A stretch of 64,000 nucleotides of DNA from Histomonas meleagridis 2922-C6/04-290x (lineage: Eukaryota; Protista; Parabasalia). Where the stretch lies: assembly GCA_020184695.1 (NCBI GenBank), contig JAANOX010000098.1:248001-312000 (forward strand), written 5' to 3'. Position 1 is the first letter of the stretch; every line of letters begins with the position of its first letter. Positions 23,246-33,853 of the stretch are shown here, piece by piece. The notes under the pieces are model-generated. The model searched no databases. It was not told the DNA's origin and saw only the letters and a program-made list of their open reading frames with translations. A program made the position numbers and the translations under genes.

Positions 23246-24189
23246 ATCATAAAGTGTTGGTTGCTTTGAGTCCTTCTTTTTTGCACCATTACGCCCATTT
23301 TTATTTGTTTTTCTGTATCCTTTCTTGAAAATTGTAAAATGGTGAAGTCACTCGGACGTTAAATGTTTACTTGCGAACCGTTTATTTTGGCGTATTTTTT
23401 GAAAAAGTGAAATTGAAATTTTTATGGGAATCACTTCTTCTATACTATATTGATATATTGAGCAAATCTCTTCTGATAATGGAAAACATCGATTTGATAA
23501 TGATTAACTCTATGATTCGATTTTTTTATTTTTTACAATGTATTCAAGACAATTTCGAAATTAACAATTATCACACATATACCATCAGATGCAAAAGAAT
23601 AATAATAATAATCAATGAACAAAATTTATCAAATAATATGTAATATTTTAATTTCGTATGATATGAAGAAAAAAATAATACAAATCAAATTTATACAATA
23701 AATATTGATAAAATCAAAATAAATAACAGATATGAGAGATTTCTTTATTTATATTTTTTGATTAATTGTATTTGATTCTATTAAAATTCAACCATCATAC
23801 TTTAATACCAATACATAAAAATAGCTGTCAATTATTATATTTAGCATATACTATATACAAAATTACTTAAATTGACCAATCGAATAAATCTTTGCGATCA
23901 AACATATATATCATTCAATTATCCGCCTCACTTTGCCGTAAAATATATTTTCCAGTAATTCTAATTAAATTAAAAAGGTATTAATTGAATAACAAAAATA
24001 ACATATAAAATGATGTTATAATTTACAAATATTAATTAAATAATTATCAAATTATAAAGATATTTTCATTTGTAGATTTCATCTAGGTTTGAATGCATTC
24101 AAATATTTTGGTGCAAAATTGAACGATCGTATACAAAAAGTTTTAATTGACGATAAATTTTCAATGTGCTGATTTGTTTTTCTTTTACT

Positions 24190-24194
24190 TCACT
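24190..24194 (+). promoter_or_regulatory. Inr-like element TCACT
   Basis: Matches the trichomonad initiator TCAY(T/A), 11 nt before ATG 24206. Confidence 0.5.
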
Positions 24195-24205
24195 TTATTT
24201 CTAGA

Positions 24206-25387
24206 ATGTCACAACATTGGTTCTGGAACAATAGCGTACAAGTTGCTTTTGGTACTGGTTGCGTCAAGCAATACATTCCTAAGTTTGTTAAACCAAATAG
24301 CAAAATCCTCTGCACTTTTGGAGGTGGTTCAATCGATCATAACGGTGCTAGAAAAGATGTCACTGAAGCCCTCGCTTCATTAAGCTGTGAGGTTCGTTGG
24401 GAAGGAGGTATTCCAGCAAATCCTGAATATGATAGGTTAATTGAAATAGTTAAAGTTGTCAAAGAATTCAAGCCAGACCTTCTTCTTGCAGTAGGTGGTG
24501 GTTCAGTTCTTGATGGAACTAAGTTCATTGCCCTTGCCTCTAAACTCGATGATAGTCAAGATCCCTGGCAAATTGTTATTGGTCAACTTGCACCTAAAGA
24601 AGCATATCCTCTTGCCTCAGTTATGACTATTCCAGCCACTGGAAGTGAATGGAACTGTGCCTTTGTTGTTAGCCGTAGATCAATCAAAGCTAAAAAAGGA
24701 AATGTTTCATTCCTTGTCTATCCAAAGTTCTCTCTTTTGGATCCACAATATACAATGACATTGCCACAACGTCAACTTCGCAATGGAGTATTTGATGCAA
24801 TTTGTCATATCATTGATCAAGTCATGACACCAGCCGAAAATCCATTAATGGACAATTTCCTCCTCTCTGTTCTCAAAGAACTTGTTGACATTGGCCCCGA
24901 AGTTGTCAAAGAAAATTCATCAATTGAATTACATGAGAGATTAATAGTTGCTGCATCATTTGCACTTAACCTCATTCTTACTCTTGGAAAAGAAACATGT
25001 TGGGCCATCCATAAGCTTGGTCATCAACTTACCGTTGAGTATGGAATTGATCATGGCGCATCACTTTCAATTGTGACACCAAATTTCCTTGAGAACCAAT
25101 TTGAGCCAAGGAAGAAAATACTTGCGAAAGCAGGTGCATTTGTTTTTGGCTTACAAGGAACGGAAGATGAAAGAGCGCATGGATTTATTTCAGAATTAAG
25201 GAAATTCATTGATAAAATTGGTATTGCAGCTAAAGTTACTGACTGGGAAGGAGCTCAAATTAAGGATGGTGACTTGGAGAAGATCACAAAGATGGTTATG
25301 GAGTCAATGGGTAATAAACCATTTGGGTTCAGAGGCACAATTGATGAAAACGTTGTCAGAGAAGTTTTAAAGAAATGCATCGTCTAA
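24206..25387 (+). CDS. Iron-containing alcohol dehydrogenase (YqhD/butanol dehydrogenase-like, probably NADPH-preferring)
   Basis: Motifs FGGGSID, GIPANPEY, AVGGGSVLDGTK, TIPATGSE and the metal-binding HKLGH...DHG. Confidence 0.92.
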   Translation: MSQHWFWNNSVQVAFGTGCVKQYIPKFVKPNSKILCTFGGGSIDHNGARKDVTEALASLSCEVRWEGGIPANPEYDRLIEIVKVVKEFKPDLLLAVGGGSVLDGTKFIALASKLDDSQDPWQIVIGQLAPKEAYPLASVMTIPATGSEWNCAFVVSRRSIKAKKGNVSFLVYPKFSLLDPQYTMTLPQRQLRNGVFDAICHIIDQVMTPAENPLMDNFLLSVLKELVDIGPEVVKENSSIELHERLIVAASFALNLILTLGKETCWAIHKLGHQLTVEYGIDHGASLSIVTPNFLENQFEPRKKILAKAGAFVFGLQGTEDERAHGFISELRKFIDKIGIAAKVTDWEGAQIKDGDLEKITKMVMESMGNKPFGFRGTIDENVVREVLKKCIV

Positions 25388-25449
25388 GTAATAAAAGAAA
25401 ACAAAAATAACAAATTTATATATATTTATTTTGCTGTGAGTTGTGCAAT

Positions 25450-25610
25450 AAATATTTCTTTATAGTTCTTGAAGTAACTTAACTATTTCTAAATGACCAT
25501 TTGAACCTAAATAAGTGTTGTATTGAGTATTTCAAATGATTTTCAAATATTATTTTGAAATACGAAATTATAAAAATAAATTTTAAATAAAAAAAAAATA
25601 AATATATCAA
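25450..25610 (-). pseudogene. Decayed spacer-interrupted ankyrin remnant (locus F)
   Basis: Minus strand: TAT ATT TAT TTT (25606-), a 73-nt spacer containing AATAATATTTGAAAATCATTTGAAA, then L-N-T-T-L-I, a frameshift, and S-N-G-H-L-E-I-V-K-L-L-Q-E. Confidence 0.65.
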
Positions 25611-26992
25611 CTGAAGGAGTTTCATCATTCATTTATTATAAGTTAATATCAGTTCCATATTTATATTTCTCATCTATTAAAGTTGTTTGTACTGGTGCTA
25701 ATGAAAGAGTTTGGGTAAATACTGCTTCATCTGCTGAATGTCAACCTGATTAATTACAACATTTGCATTTATTAGAAGCACATTAATCCGAAATAGAACG
25801 TGACGAAAGTCAAATTATATTAAATGATGGAAAAATAATATGTTATGATTACTAATTTTATTAACTGCAAAAGAAGGTGAAATCGCTGATATGTGGATGG
25901 CTAAAAACTTTATTGAAAGTACACCGCCACCAGTATCTTTTGTAAATGATACACTTGTAGCGTATTGTACCTTTCTCATTATCCTGGCTGCGCACATATT
26001 GTACATAATTCTCGATTTTAACAGGAGGGTACTCTTTCAACGAAATTTCCAAATAGTATTGTAGCTTTCTCATTTTTTGATTGAATCACATCAAAACTTT
26101 TAGAAAAATAAAATCAATCTTTTACGCTTTAGGGTTTCAAGGAGTTTGAGCATATTTCCTAATGTTTACATATAAAAAATATGTGCCTTTGTGGGCAGAG
26201 ATCTGCCCAAGATGAAAAACCCTAATTTATGGATAATGTTTTCCATTAACATGATTTTTTTTAAGGGTTTTTCAACCAGTTTACAGAAATAGTAAAAATT
26301 TCTTCTTGAACAAAAAGGGATTGATATTATGCTCCTGGCATTTGTATATTTTATTCAGTATTTATTTTAATAATTTCAAATTTCAAAACAATATTTGGAA
26401 TATTAAATTAATGTATCCAGCAGCTGTGATGGTATCTTAGGGTGGTCATACAGAAATTGATAAATTATTTCTTTGGGAAAAAGCAATTCGTTATGATGGA
26501 GTTATTTTTATGTTAAGTTTAAATAATAAAAAAAATGGAAATAGATCAATTTTTACATCAATAACAAAGAAATGATAAAAAAGAAAAAGTAACAAAAAAA
26601 TCTTCCGTGAAGGTTTGTCTGATATTTTAAAAAGTTATAGTTGAATTTTAAGATATTTTTGTTTTGTGGTTTGTTTATAGATATCTATCTCGATTTTATG
26701 AAAGAATAGCACATTATGAAAAAGGATATTTTTTGATCGATAATACGAACAATAGATTAATAGATTAAAATTCTACTTATATCTGTTTTGATTGGTTTGG
26801 AAGAGGCATGGGAAAATCCAAACCTTAAAAAAATGATACATCATCAAAATTATAAACACAAAAAAACAGTAACGATTTAAAACGATACAAATGTCTATCG
26901 TAAAATACCGATACGTTCAAAACATTCAAATATATGCGGTTATTAAACCACCCCAAAATTCGCTTTCGACCACGAATGGATTGAAAGTGTAT

Positions 26993-27000
26993 TACGGTTA
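26993..27000 (+). promoter_or_regulatory. M3-like core promoter motif (TACGGTTA)
   Basis: Consensus match 20 nt upstream of the importin ATG. Confidence 0.5.
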
Positions 27001-27020
27001 AATGACTTCACCAAATTTTA

Positions 27021-30000
27021 ATGGAAAACATCTGTAATCAAATTTTACAATTATGGTCACAAATGAGAGATAATTCAAATCCAATCCTTGCACAAAGTGC
27101 AACAGAACAACTTCAACAAATTATTTTAAATCCTGATTCAATTTATCCCTTGATATCAATCACAGAAAATATAAAGGACGAAAATGTCCAACATTTTACA
27201 GCTACATTTATCTATGTTTGGACAAAGCATTTTTATAATAGTATTAATAACGAAAAACTCCTTGAGATTTTACCAAAAATTTTACAATTTGCTTGTGTAT
27301 CTCCAAAACCAAATGGACGTGAAATTCTCTGCGATGCTGCTATTATGATTTGGAATCGAGTTCAAATACCACCTCAGCCATTCTTTGAATTATTGAATGC
27401 ATATTTCCAAAATCAAAATACAATTGGTACTGGATTTTATTTAGCTTCAATCATGATACCAAACTTTGAAGCAATATTTTCTTCTATGACCGACTTTTTC
27501 AACCAAGCAATTTCTATTTCAGCAAAACTTTTAGAAACAGATACCACTGATAATATTATAAACGTATACGATTTCTATGTATCTCTTTTCCAATCACCAG
27601 ACTTATCCAAAAGATATTCTGAACAATTATCTTTTATTTCAAATGGAATTCATAAACGCTTCGAATATTTGGTGACTGTTAGTCAGGATTCTTTTGAGGC
27701 TTCAAGGTTCTTTTTCATGATATGCCGTGCCATTCAATTCTTACCAGAATTTGTTCATTCATGTTTAGTTGATCTTTTCCCAGCCACTGTTGCTGTTTTA
27801 CACAATGATCAATTAGATTCCATGATTAGGATTTCGGCTTTTACCATTTTTGAGTCTGCTATTGAAAATGATCAATCATTATTATCAGGTAATATTCAAG
27901 ATTATCTTAACCACTTTACTCAGTTCTCACTTCTTCTTTGTCGTGAGTCATATGAAACTGATGAATATTTAGCTCCATCACATTTCTTTGAAGTTCTCTC
28001 CAAAGAAGCCGATGAAGAAACGGTTATTTCACTTTTTGTGCCGATCATTGAAACCTTAACGAACTCCAACGATCCATTTTCATATTTAGTATGCATTATG
28101 ATCATTAATTCTATTTTTGAATCAATAGAAGCAGAAATTATGGATATTTTTGAAGCATTTGAACAATTAGTTGGTAAATCACTTGTGTCAGGTAATAAAG
28201 TACTTATTGATAAATCATGTAAATTAATTGATAAATTCATATTAACTGATGAATCATTATCCGCTCAACTAATTGACGTTTTTGAAGGTTGTCTACTTCA
28301 AAATGTTCCAATTTCTGATAATGCTATCCTTACACTTACAAATTTATATGATAAATCTTCAAAACAACCGAAAAATATCGAACAGACATTGTCAATTTTA
28401 TATGAACAATTTAAATCTTCTACAGATCCTTATCGCATTGAAATCTTATGTCAACTCATAGCTCAAATAGCGGTTGCTACTACAGGAATCCAAGGGAAGT
28501 ACTACGAAGCGATTCAACCATTTCTTTCCCAATTACTTAAAATGGGAGATTCATCTTACGAAGTAGCAGTTTTAGCGTATTGTTCTTTTGCATTTAGTAA
28601 CCCTCTCTTACTCCGAGGTGAAATTGGATCACTTTGTACAATAATATTTAATGGATTATCAAATCCTGATGACCATCATATGATACTTACTTGTGCTACG
28701 CAAATTCAAAATCTAGTTGACATATACACCATTTCCATAGCTCCATTTATTGGGCAATTTTTCAATAGATTTATTGAATTATTTACCAATAAGTCAGAGT
28801 TATTTTCACAGGACGTAGAGATCGAAAATGAAGAAGAAGAAAAGGAGTATCTAAAAGTTTTAGCTACATATACTGAAATGCGTGGACAAATTCTGATGAC
28901 AATTGCGACCATTTTTAACTTTTATCATGATCAATTTATACCGAGAGCAGACGAAATCAAAGAACTTATTCGAATATCAATTAATGATGAGCAAATTAAT
29001 TGTTATGCAATTCGATCATTTGAAGGGGTTATTTCCGGCTTTGTTAAATCCAACCTTGACGTAACAGAGCTTATGCAATTGCTTGTCATGTCTATATCGA
29101 ATGCTGAAAGTTCTGATGAACTTAGTGATATCTGGGATGTAATGACCACTGTTATATCATTGTTAGGGAAACAACTTCTTGTTCAATATGGCGATGCAAT
29201 TGCGACGCAAATGATTATTGGACTTAAAGTTGAAAATCCGAATTATCGAGAATCGAATAAGAAGAATATTCTTAATCGAAGAATTGTAACGCCATTAATG
29301 AACTCCGTTATTCGTTTCTTTCTTGAATATGGCCGTGATGGGGTCCAATATATTGAACATATATTAAATTCGCTTGTAAGTATTGTTAATGGAAGAAGTA
29401 AATATTGTAAAGGACAAGCGATTAAAGCAGTTGCATTCTTGTTAACTGTATTTCCAGAGTTTAAAGAAAGTCTTTACAATATGATATTTGTCGGAAGTAT
29501 GTCAATGATCAAAGCTTCATTCACGGATAATAGAACGTGTGCATTTGAAGCGTTAAATTACTTGCTTTATGTCGATCCTAATCCAATATTTCCACAATTA
29601 CAAATAATTATGAATTCAATTGGCGAAGTTATACAAAACGATTCACATTTCCCAAATGAGTTAATCGATGCTGCTATCATCTTATGGTATTCAAGTGTAA
29701 TGATATATCAAATTCAACCTCAAGAAAATGAATTCGATGAAATGATAAAATTCTTAACGACTAAAATGAATAATATAAATGTGAAGTTCACCGCACGGTT
29801 TATAAGGTTCGCTTCACAAAAGTGGCCAGTGAAATTCACCGGTGAAGATATGTTCCTTTATGCAGCTGGATTCTTCGCTTCGGATGATTACGTCATAAGA
29901 GCTACTGATCAAGAAGATGCAGCTTTCCTTGCACAGTTCGTGATAAATGTGCCATTGGAAGAAATATTACAGAGAACTGGGTTCTATGAATCAACAATTT

Positions 30001-30041
30001 CATTAATACAAAAGCATTTGTTAATGTATCGACAACAATAA
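27021..30041 (+). CDS. Importin-beta/karyopherin family HEAT-repeat protein (importin-4/5-like)
   Basis: 1006 aa, all-helical HEAT-like. IBN_N-like N-terminus (QSATEQLQQIILNPDSIYPLISI...VQHFTATFI) and an acidic internal loop. Confidence 0.7.
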   Translation: MENICNQILQLWSQMRDNSNPILAQSATEQLQQIILNPDSIYPLISITENIKDENVQHFTATFIYVWTKHFYNSINNEKLLEILPKILQFACVSPKPNGREILCDAAIMIWNRVQIPPQPFFELLNAYFQNQNTIGTGFYLASIMIPNFEAIFSSMTDFFNQAISISAKLLETDTTDNIINVYDFYVSLFQSPDLSKRYSEQLSFISNGIHKRFEYLVTVSQDSFEASRFFFMICRAIQFLPEFVHSCLVDLFPATVAVLHNDQLDSMIRISAFTIFESAIENDQSLLSGNIQDYLNHFTQFSLLLCRESYETDEYLAPSHFFEVLSKEADEETVISLFVPIIETLTNSNDPFSYLVCIMIINSIFESIEAEIMDIFEAFEQLVGKSLVSGNKVLIDKSCKLIDKFILTDESLSAQLIDVFEGCLLQNVPISDNAILTLTNLYDKSSKQPKNIEQTLSILYEQFKSSTDPYRIEILCQLIAQIAVATTGIQGKYYEAIQPFLSQLLKMGDSSYEVAVLAYCSFAFSNPLLLRGEIGSLCTIIFNGLSNPDDHHMILTCATQIQNLVDIYTISIAPFIGQFFNRFIELFTNKSELFSQDVEIENEEEEKEYLKVLATYTEMRGQILMTIATIFNFYHDQFIPRADEIKELIRISINDEQINCYAIRSFEGVISGFVKSNLDVTELMQLLVMSISNAESSDELSDIWDVMTTVISLLGKQLLVQYGDAIATQMIIGLKVENPNYRESNKKNILNRRIVTPLMNSVIRFFLEYGRDGVQYIEHILNSLVSIVNGRSKYCKGQAIKAVAFLLTVFPEFKESLYNMIFVGSMSMIKASFTDNRTCAFEALNYLLYVDPNPIFPQLQIIMNSIGEVIQNDSHFPNELIDAAIILWYSSVMIYQIQPQENEFDEMIKFLTTKMNNINVKFTARFIRFASQKWPVKFTGEDMFLYAAGFFASDDYVIRATDQEDAAFLAQFVINVPLEEILQRTGFYESTISLIQKHLLMYRQQ

Positions 30042-30104
30042 TTAATTTATTAAGTGAATAAAAAAAATATATATATGTTATATATAATCTTTTAAAATGT
30101 AAAA

Positions 30105-31630
30105 TTAGTTTATTGTACAACGACTTGAAGTTTCTTTTTGTTCAGGAAGTATTTCACTTGTTTCGTTTTGATTGTTTTCAGATGCAACAATCAGTGCCGT
30201 TTTAAATAGATTTTTGGAATATCAAAATAATAAAATAAACATTAAATCAAAATAAAAAAAATTTTTGGCATTGATATCAATTCCTTGCTGCTCATTAAGT
30301 AACTTGACTATTTCTAAACAGCCGTATTTAGTTGCCATAATAACTGCTGTATTAAACAATTTAAATAATTTCCAATTATTATTTTATAACATCGAAACAT
30401 TAAAACAAAATTTAATTAAAATAAATGAAAATCTTTAGCATTGATATTCACATCATTTCGTTTTAAAACATATTTAACAAGTTCAATGTTTCCAGATTCT
30501 GATGAAAAAATTAAAATTTCATTTGGAATGTGATAATTTCGAAGAAAATATTTAACAAGAAATAAGTTACCAATTTTTGCTGATTCGTTTATAATATTAT
30601 CATTAATTTTCATTCCTTTTTCAAGTAAAAATGATAATATTTCATGATTATAGTAACGAATGCAAAGAATTCCTAATTTTTCTATATCAGAAATTTCTTC
30701 AAATTTATTTTCATATATATATTTAAATATATCATTTTTGTGGTATTTAATTGCTGTTTCATATGCATCTTCAAATGATGAATGATTTTGTTCACATAAA
30801 TGAATGATTTCTTCATTTCCACCTGCAATTGCATATTTACCTGTATTTTTTACATTTGCACCATTCATAAGTAAATATTTAAAACATTTAATAGATCCGA
30901 AAAATGCTGAATAATCAATTAATGTACCGCCATAACGAGTAAAAAACGAATACTTTTCATGAAGTGATGGTGTAATTTCTTGATTAAAATCAAAGTTTTC
31001 TTCTGACAATATTTCTAGAAGATTTTCATCATCATCTTTTCGGATTGCTTTTGTTGCTTCTTCTTCGATTATTTCCTTATGTTTTTCACCATTTTTTGGA
31101 TCATCTTCATGATTGAAATCATTTCCTTCATTGAGTTCTTGGCCTATGAATCCATCTTTATTTAGTTTTACTCGAACAACAAAACAAGAATCTAATATTC
31201 TATTAGATTCTTCTAGTTCTTCAGGTGTAATATAACGCGCTTCATAAAGTGTTTTATTAGGTTTCATAAAATTAGTTTTATTGTTTAATTTCTCAAGGAG
31301 ATCATTTGATTCTTTTGTGTCTTCTTGAAAATGAAGGAAATCTCGAAATACAACAAAAATTTTAGATGTACTTTTGATTTTTTCTTCTAATGATTCAACT
31401 TCTTTTAAAAAATTTAAACATATTTTATAATCTTTCTTTTTCATGACAAAACGTGAGTATATAATTTGACTTAAAATTAAGTTAAAAGATATTGGATAAT
31501 TTTTATCAAATTTATCAATTATTGACTTTGCTGAATCAGCAACATTTCCGTCGTGTAGACCAAAAATTATTTGTTCTATTGACAGAATTGCTTCAAATTC
31601 ATTTGAATCTATGTAATCTGGACTGTTCAT
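30105..31630 (-). CDS. DUF3447-ankyrin protein (locus A), intact apart from two non-canonical spacers; segments 31630-30428, 30356-30258, 30206-30105
   Basis: DUF3447-type core (IRKDD..LIDYSAFFGSIKCFKYLL..KYAIAGGNEEIIHLCEQ). After NAKDF: 71-nt spacer, FNTAVIMATKYGCLEIVKLLNEQQGIDINAKNF, 51-nt spacer, FKTALIVASENNQ...SSRCTIN*. Confidence 0.8.
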
Positions 31631-32221
31631 ATTTCAATGTGATGTCATAACCTCCCATGAACTATAAGAACTCTGATTTATAAGAATGTGTTATATATTG
31701 AAAAAAAAATTTATAAAAATTTATTACACATTAAATTTATTAATTGAGTGATTTTAGGCATAAAATTTTTTTATTTTCTTTACATTTTTTTAACATACAC
31801 CGAAAAATGTTATGATTTTTTCTTAGAAAATTACTCAATTCATATCGTGTTAAAGAGGATGTATTTTTGATTTTCATTTTTGGCAAAAATTTAAAAGTTT
31901 ATACAAGATTATATTACTTTTAAATCATTAATTTTTTTGTAATAAAATGAATCGAGATTAAATGCTATTCATATGATAAATATCTTGAGTATGAATAAAA
32001 GAAGTCAATTAAATATTATTATATTGTCCACGCCCATATACTTTAATAGTTATCATAAAAAACAAAATAGTCAATTTCCACATATTATAAATATGAAACA
32101 GATTGTCGTTACTTCGAAAAAATTATCTCGAGCATTTAGCACTCCAAATGAAAACTTTTTATATAGTTTACATTCTTTTTCAAAATAAAAAGTGTCATCT
32201 GGTCATATCACATATAAATTC

Positions 32222-33622
32222 ATGTTGACTTTTTTACCAAAATCAGCAAAACCTTCATTACATTATCGAATGTTTTCCTCTTTTACACGATTTTTTAGTA
32301 AAGAAACAACAGATTTTGTTTCAGATAAACAACAAATCCGTGAAATGATCAAAGTTGCTTCAAAAGAGCTTAAAGACAAAGCAGACAATGGAGACGCCAA
32401 ATCTCAGGCTGCTTACGGAGAGTTCATAGAAGCTGGAAAGCTTGGAAAAAAAGATCCAAAATTAGCCTTTAAGTATTACAAAATGTCAGCCGACCAAAAG
32501 GACCCAGATGGACTCTACAACCTTGGTCGTTCATATCTTGAAGGCATTGGAGTTGAAAAAGATGTTAAACTTGGTATCCATTACTTGAACAATGCTTCAG
32601 GCCTTAATCACCAAGGAGCACAATACCTCCTTGCCAACACCTATTTTAATGGTGCTGAAGGTATTCCAGTCAACAAAATATACGCCGCACGATATTTCAA
32701 ATTAGCAGCTGACAATGGTCTTAAAGCTGCCCAAAATAGCTACGGCTTCATGCTTCTCAATGGTGATGGTGTTGACAAAAATGAAGAAGAAGCCATGAAA
32801 TATTTCAAGATGTCAGCTGATCAAGGAGATCCTGATGGTCAATACAACTATGCACGAGGTCTTAATAGTTCTACTGATACTAAGCAAGCTATTGAGTATT
32901 TTGAAAAATCGGCCAAAAATGGGGTACCCCAATCCCTTGTAGCACTTGCGATGATATATTCGAATGGTCGCGGGATTAAACGCGATGAGAAAAAAGCATT
33001 TGAATATGCCAAACAAGCCGCGGCTACGAATGATCCCAGCGGTCATTTTATTTATGGGTATTTTCTTCAAGTTGGTCTTGGCACTACACAAGATCCTAAA
33101 TCGGCAATCCAACACTATAAGATTGCAGCTGATGGAGGGAACATTGTAGCTCAAGGAAATTTAGCCCGAATGTATCAATTTGGGGAAGGCACTCCAGTTG
33201 ATTTAACTTCTGCAGTTAAATACTTCAAAATGGCTGCAGATAATGGCGACATGAATTGCGCTAATTCATATGCATTTTTGGTCAGTAAGGGGATGGGAAC
33301 TAAATTGGACATGAAGGAAGCGATGGAATACTTCAAGAAGGCAATTGACGCTAAAAACGTAACAGCTATGAATAACGTTGGAATAATATATCTGAAAGGC
33401 GAAGGAGGAGTAAAACAAGACACAAAAGAGGCGCTGAAGATGTTCGAAATGGCAGCTGATTACGGAGAGCCTTTGGGGTACTGCAACATGGCATTTGTGT
33501 ATGAAAAAGGCATCGGAGTTAAGGCTGACTTGGAGATGGCAAGAAAGTACTACAAAATGGCCGCCGACTTGCATTACCCATTCGCACAGAAATGCCTCGA
33601 TAGAATTAATAAAATGAAATAA
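32222..33622 (+). CDS. Sel1-like repeat protein with candidate hydrogenosomal presequence
   Basis: Many Sel1 repeats (AFKYYKMSADQKDPDGLYNLG, AQNSYGFMLLNGDGV...). ATG at 32222 or 32270; the ORF track used an upstream GTG. Confidence 0.92.
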   Translation: MLTFLPKSAKPSLHYRMFSSFTRFFSKETTDFVSDKQQIREMIKVASKELKDKADNGDAKSQAAYGEFIEAGKLGKKDPKLAFKYYKMSADQKDPDGLYNLGRSYLEGIGVEKDVKLGIHYLNNASGLNHQGAQYLLANTYFNGAEGIPVNKIYAARYFKLAADNGLKAAQNSYGFMLLNGDGVDKNEEEAMKYFKMSADQGDPDGQYNYARGLNSSTDTKQAIEYFEKSAKNGVPQSLVALAMIYSNGRGIKRDEKKAFEYAKQAAATNDPSGHFIYGYFLQVGLGTTQDPKSAIQHYKIAADGGNIVAQGNLARMYQFGEGTPVDLTSAVKYFKMAADNGDMNCANSYAFLVSKGMGTKLDMKEAMEYFKKAIDAKNVTAMNNVGIIYLKGEGGVKQDTKEALKMFEMAADYGEPLGYCNMAFVYEKGIGVKADLEMARKYYKMAADLHYPFAQKCLDRINKMK

Positions 33623-33853
33623 ATTTGTCTAAAACTGTTTCATTGCAATACATTTGTACATAAATTCCTCTGTAATGAATGGACAAATGTCTTTGGATGA
33701 ATGCGAATGTATGAAGGATTGGACAAAAGAAGCAGAAAATAACGATAGTTGTTGATTAATTCATGAATTGGATAGAGAAATCACTGAACAATTTAGAATG
33801 TAAATCAAATAAAAAAAAATTATTTTCATTATAACGTTTTTACAAACAATTTG

